Both the position numbers and the translations under genes were made by a program. A model generated the notes under the pieces. It saw only the letters and a program-made list of their open reading frames with translations. It was not told the DNA's origin and made no database searches. 64,000 bases of DNA from Azolla caroliniana (taxonomy: Eukaryota > Plantae > Polypodiophyta). The number at the start of each line of letters is the position of its first letter. Within the stretch, counting starts at the first letter, position 1. Of this stretch, positions 61,720-64,000 are shown piece after piece. Where the stretch lies: contig JBHGNT010000007.1 in the NCBI GenBank assembly GCA_043228905.1, positions 8,680,001-8,744,000 of the forward strand, read 5' to 3'.

Positions 61720-63795
61720 AATCTTGTTGGGCGTGGTCTCGGTTACTCGAACCCACTTCTTAGTCCTTACCGGCTCCACCGGTGGCACCAAAAGAGTCAA
61801 CCATTGAGCCACGACCATCATAATTTCTTGTTGTTCTGCACTAATTCTATCACCCTTCGCAAGCAATCGACCAATCCACTTGCACCCCTGTGTATGTAGC
61901 AATGATGAACCCGACTTTGTTCTTTGGCATTGCTGGGGGTCGGGGGTACACGAACCCATACTCGTGGAGGACACGTTGTCGCGAAAATACGACAAGGACA
62001 CGTGAACTTTGAGGCAAGACCCCGGGGCCTCCGACCGGAAGATATCTTCCTACTGCCTCGTTTCACATCGGGTTCACCAAAGATGTCGCGAAAATACGAC
62101 GAGGATACGTGAACGTTGAGGCAAGACCTCGGGGCCTTTGACTAGAGGATATCAAATTTGTGTATTTATGTACTAAGAATTAACCAAAATGAGAAAGATT
62201 AACAAATTTCATTAACAAGTAGAAAGAAAGATTACAATTAATCCCAAGATTGGGATTACAAAAAGTTTGCTAATGGAGATGGCTAGAGTAATAGATTAGA
62301 AGAAATGAGATATGAATTTAATTAGAATATTAGGGTTTTTAGCTTCAATTCAAAAATTAGGGTTTTTGAGTTGTATGGCTTTGATTAGGAAATTAGGGTT
62401 TACTTGAGAGATATGGCTTCTGTAAGGAAATTAGGGTTTTGAGTTCCGTAAGGAAATTTAGGGTTTTTTAGTGTTATGGCTTTCCTAGGGAAAATTATAG
62501 TTTATGAGTGTTATGGCTTCGATAAGATAAGGGAGGTAAGAAGGAAAAGAAAATAATATATGGAGAGAGGATGAGTGTAGGAAAAAAAATGGAATTTTAT
62601 ATGGAGTTCTCCCTTGATCATCTACATGTCCACTTTTTGTTGCATGGCCTCTACTTTTAGTTGCTTAGCTTTTTCTTTTAGTTGTATCTATTTTTAGTTG
62701 CATGCGACTATCCACATGACCTTTACTTTTTGCATGCACTCCAACTTTAGTTGCTTGCGTCCACATGGCCTTTACTTTAATTCTCTTCACTTTATTTTAG
62801 TTTGTTGCATGATCCAATCTTCTGTCCGTCCGTGTCCAACCTCGTCCGGTAGCCGGTTCCGCCCAATCGTCGAATCCCTCACCGGTTGGTTCTGGTTCCG
62901 ATTTTGCTTGTCGGCCGATTTCGGTTTGATTGCCGACCGGTTCTGATTCCGGTTTGCTTGCTGACTGGTTCCTGTTTTGCTTACCGGTCAGTTTTCGGTT
63001 TTGCTTATCGGCCGGTTTCCAGTTTCCAATTTTGGTTACCAGCCGGTTTCCGGATTTGCTAACCAGCCGGTTTCTAGTTTGCTTATCGGCCAGTTTCCGA
63101 ATTTGCTTACCGGCCGGTTTCCGATTTGCATACCGACCGGTTTCCGAATTTTGCTTACCGGCCAGTTTCTGGATTTTGGGAACATGGCCACCATCATCCA
63201 TTGAGACAAAGTGGCCAAAGTGTTCTTAGCACAAATGAAAAATGAGGGAGCTCAAGGTGCTTATATAGCTAGGGCCTTAAGTTTCCTATCTATGTGGGAT
63301 AGTTCTAATTTCCCTATCTTCTCAAACTTCATTTTCATATAACTTGATATGTATTTCTCCATTTTGTATATAGTAAAATATGTTTTGAAGCTCTTGAGTA
63401 TATCCATCTTTCTATAGTAAGCTACTAATCTAATCTATAATAATTATTTAATTATTTTTTTATATAGTGTGTGAAGATTCACACGACAACGTGCCACTTC
63501 TCTGAAACAGGGGGTCCTTGCCGCCCTGTGTCCAGTGAGCCTTACTAGCGAGGGAATACTTGTCAAAAAACTTGGTTAGTGTTTCAAGAGAAGGGTTCTC
63601 GATGGAGTAGATGTGCCCTTCTGACAGTCCGATTAGAGCGTAGATGGCTTCCTCCGTTATGACTTCCGTGTCAATTTTCTACACAACTTCTTCTGATTCG
63701 TCGTGCGGCGGTGCCTCTGCTATCCTTAGGAAACCTCCTAACCCATGTTGGTTGTACCATTTCTTGGTTGTTTCGGAAAGTGCCATAGGTTCCAT
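61720..63795 (-). pseudogene. Homolog of element A ORF2 from a diverged family member, split by element H
   Basis: MEPMALSETTKKWYNQHGLGGFLRIAEAPPHDE, EVITEEAIYALIGL, REVARVLHEYGFVYPRPPAMPKNKVG and VAQWLTLLVPPVEP align to 7093-7640. Confidence 0.88.
61977..63488 (-). mobile_element. Internally deleted tRNA-Trp-primed LTR element H: full 5' LTR, PBS and last about 70 bp of the 3' LTR; TSD ACGT
   Basis: LTR 63488-62084 (TGTCGTG...CGCGACA); PBS TGGTGAACCCGATGTGAA 62079-62062; duplicate LTR end 62046-61977; ACGT at 61973-61976 and 63489-63492; LTR layout resembles D (ATCCCACATAGATAGG motif, GC-rich ACCGG repeats). Confidence 0.88.
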
Positions 63796-64000
63796 CTCGT
63801 CGTCTAGTTCTGCGGGGGTGGGTAGGGCCGATGTGCTTGTATTTTCTTCTTGCGTCCGTCTGCTTACTTGTATTGTCCTTTGTGTGCTCAGTGCTTTGTG
63901 TTCGCAAAATGAAAGAGACTCTACGAGGCGGAGGTTTCGTGTTCCCATGCTTGGCGCCTTTCTCGATTCCCGCCCATGCACGTCATGTACTATAATAGCA

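Noticed and set aside
62330-62470. Interstitial telomere
   Set aside because: TTAGGG motifs are dispersed single copies within an LTR, not a tandem array.
62797-63229. Repetitive KPAGKQ-type protein
   Set aside because: Translation of the GC-rich tandem repeats inside the LTR of element H.

Overview
Eukaryotic, plant-type nuclear DNA. A non-seed land plant such as a fern is an inference from the transposon lineages, not proven. Two intact spliced host genes converge: a 4-exon ATG18a-like WD40/PROPPIN autophagy gene (+, 13531-19456, 416 aa) and an 8-exon organellar peptidyl-tRNA hydrolase/CRS2-family gene (-, 41944-26961, 245 aa) whose catalytic GGHNG motif reads GNHKG. The rest is mostly nested LTR retrotransposons. 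(A) A young non-chromoviral Ty3/Gypsy (352-10233, TSD TTTAG) with an intact 1956-aa gag-pol and a second 889-codon coiled-coil ORF broken only by three in-frame TAG codons; a diverged relative lies at the right end. (B) Three decayed Ty1/Copia elements: one flanked by a 96-bp duplication, one with a CCA-bearing tRNA-Lys 3' segment where its 3' LTR should be. (C) Three related tRNA-Trp-primed Gypsy elements (43232-55528, nested 45451-50231, 61977-63488); every intact junction lies at the palindrome ACGT, with a 4-bp duplication where both ends survive. This suggests a sequence-specific integrating lineage and is the strongest candidate for an undescribed system. One member has a tRNA-like Pol III A/B-box cassette in its LTRs and another has a repeat/variable-spacer array. 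All coordinates were read by eye; family and tRNA assignments are from memory and need database checks.
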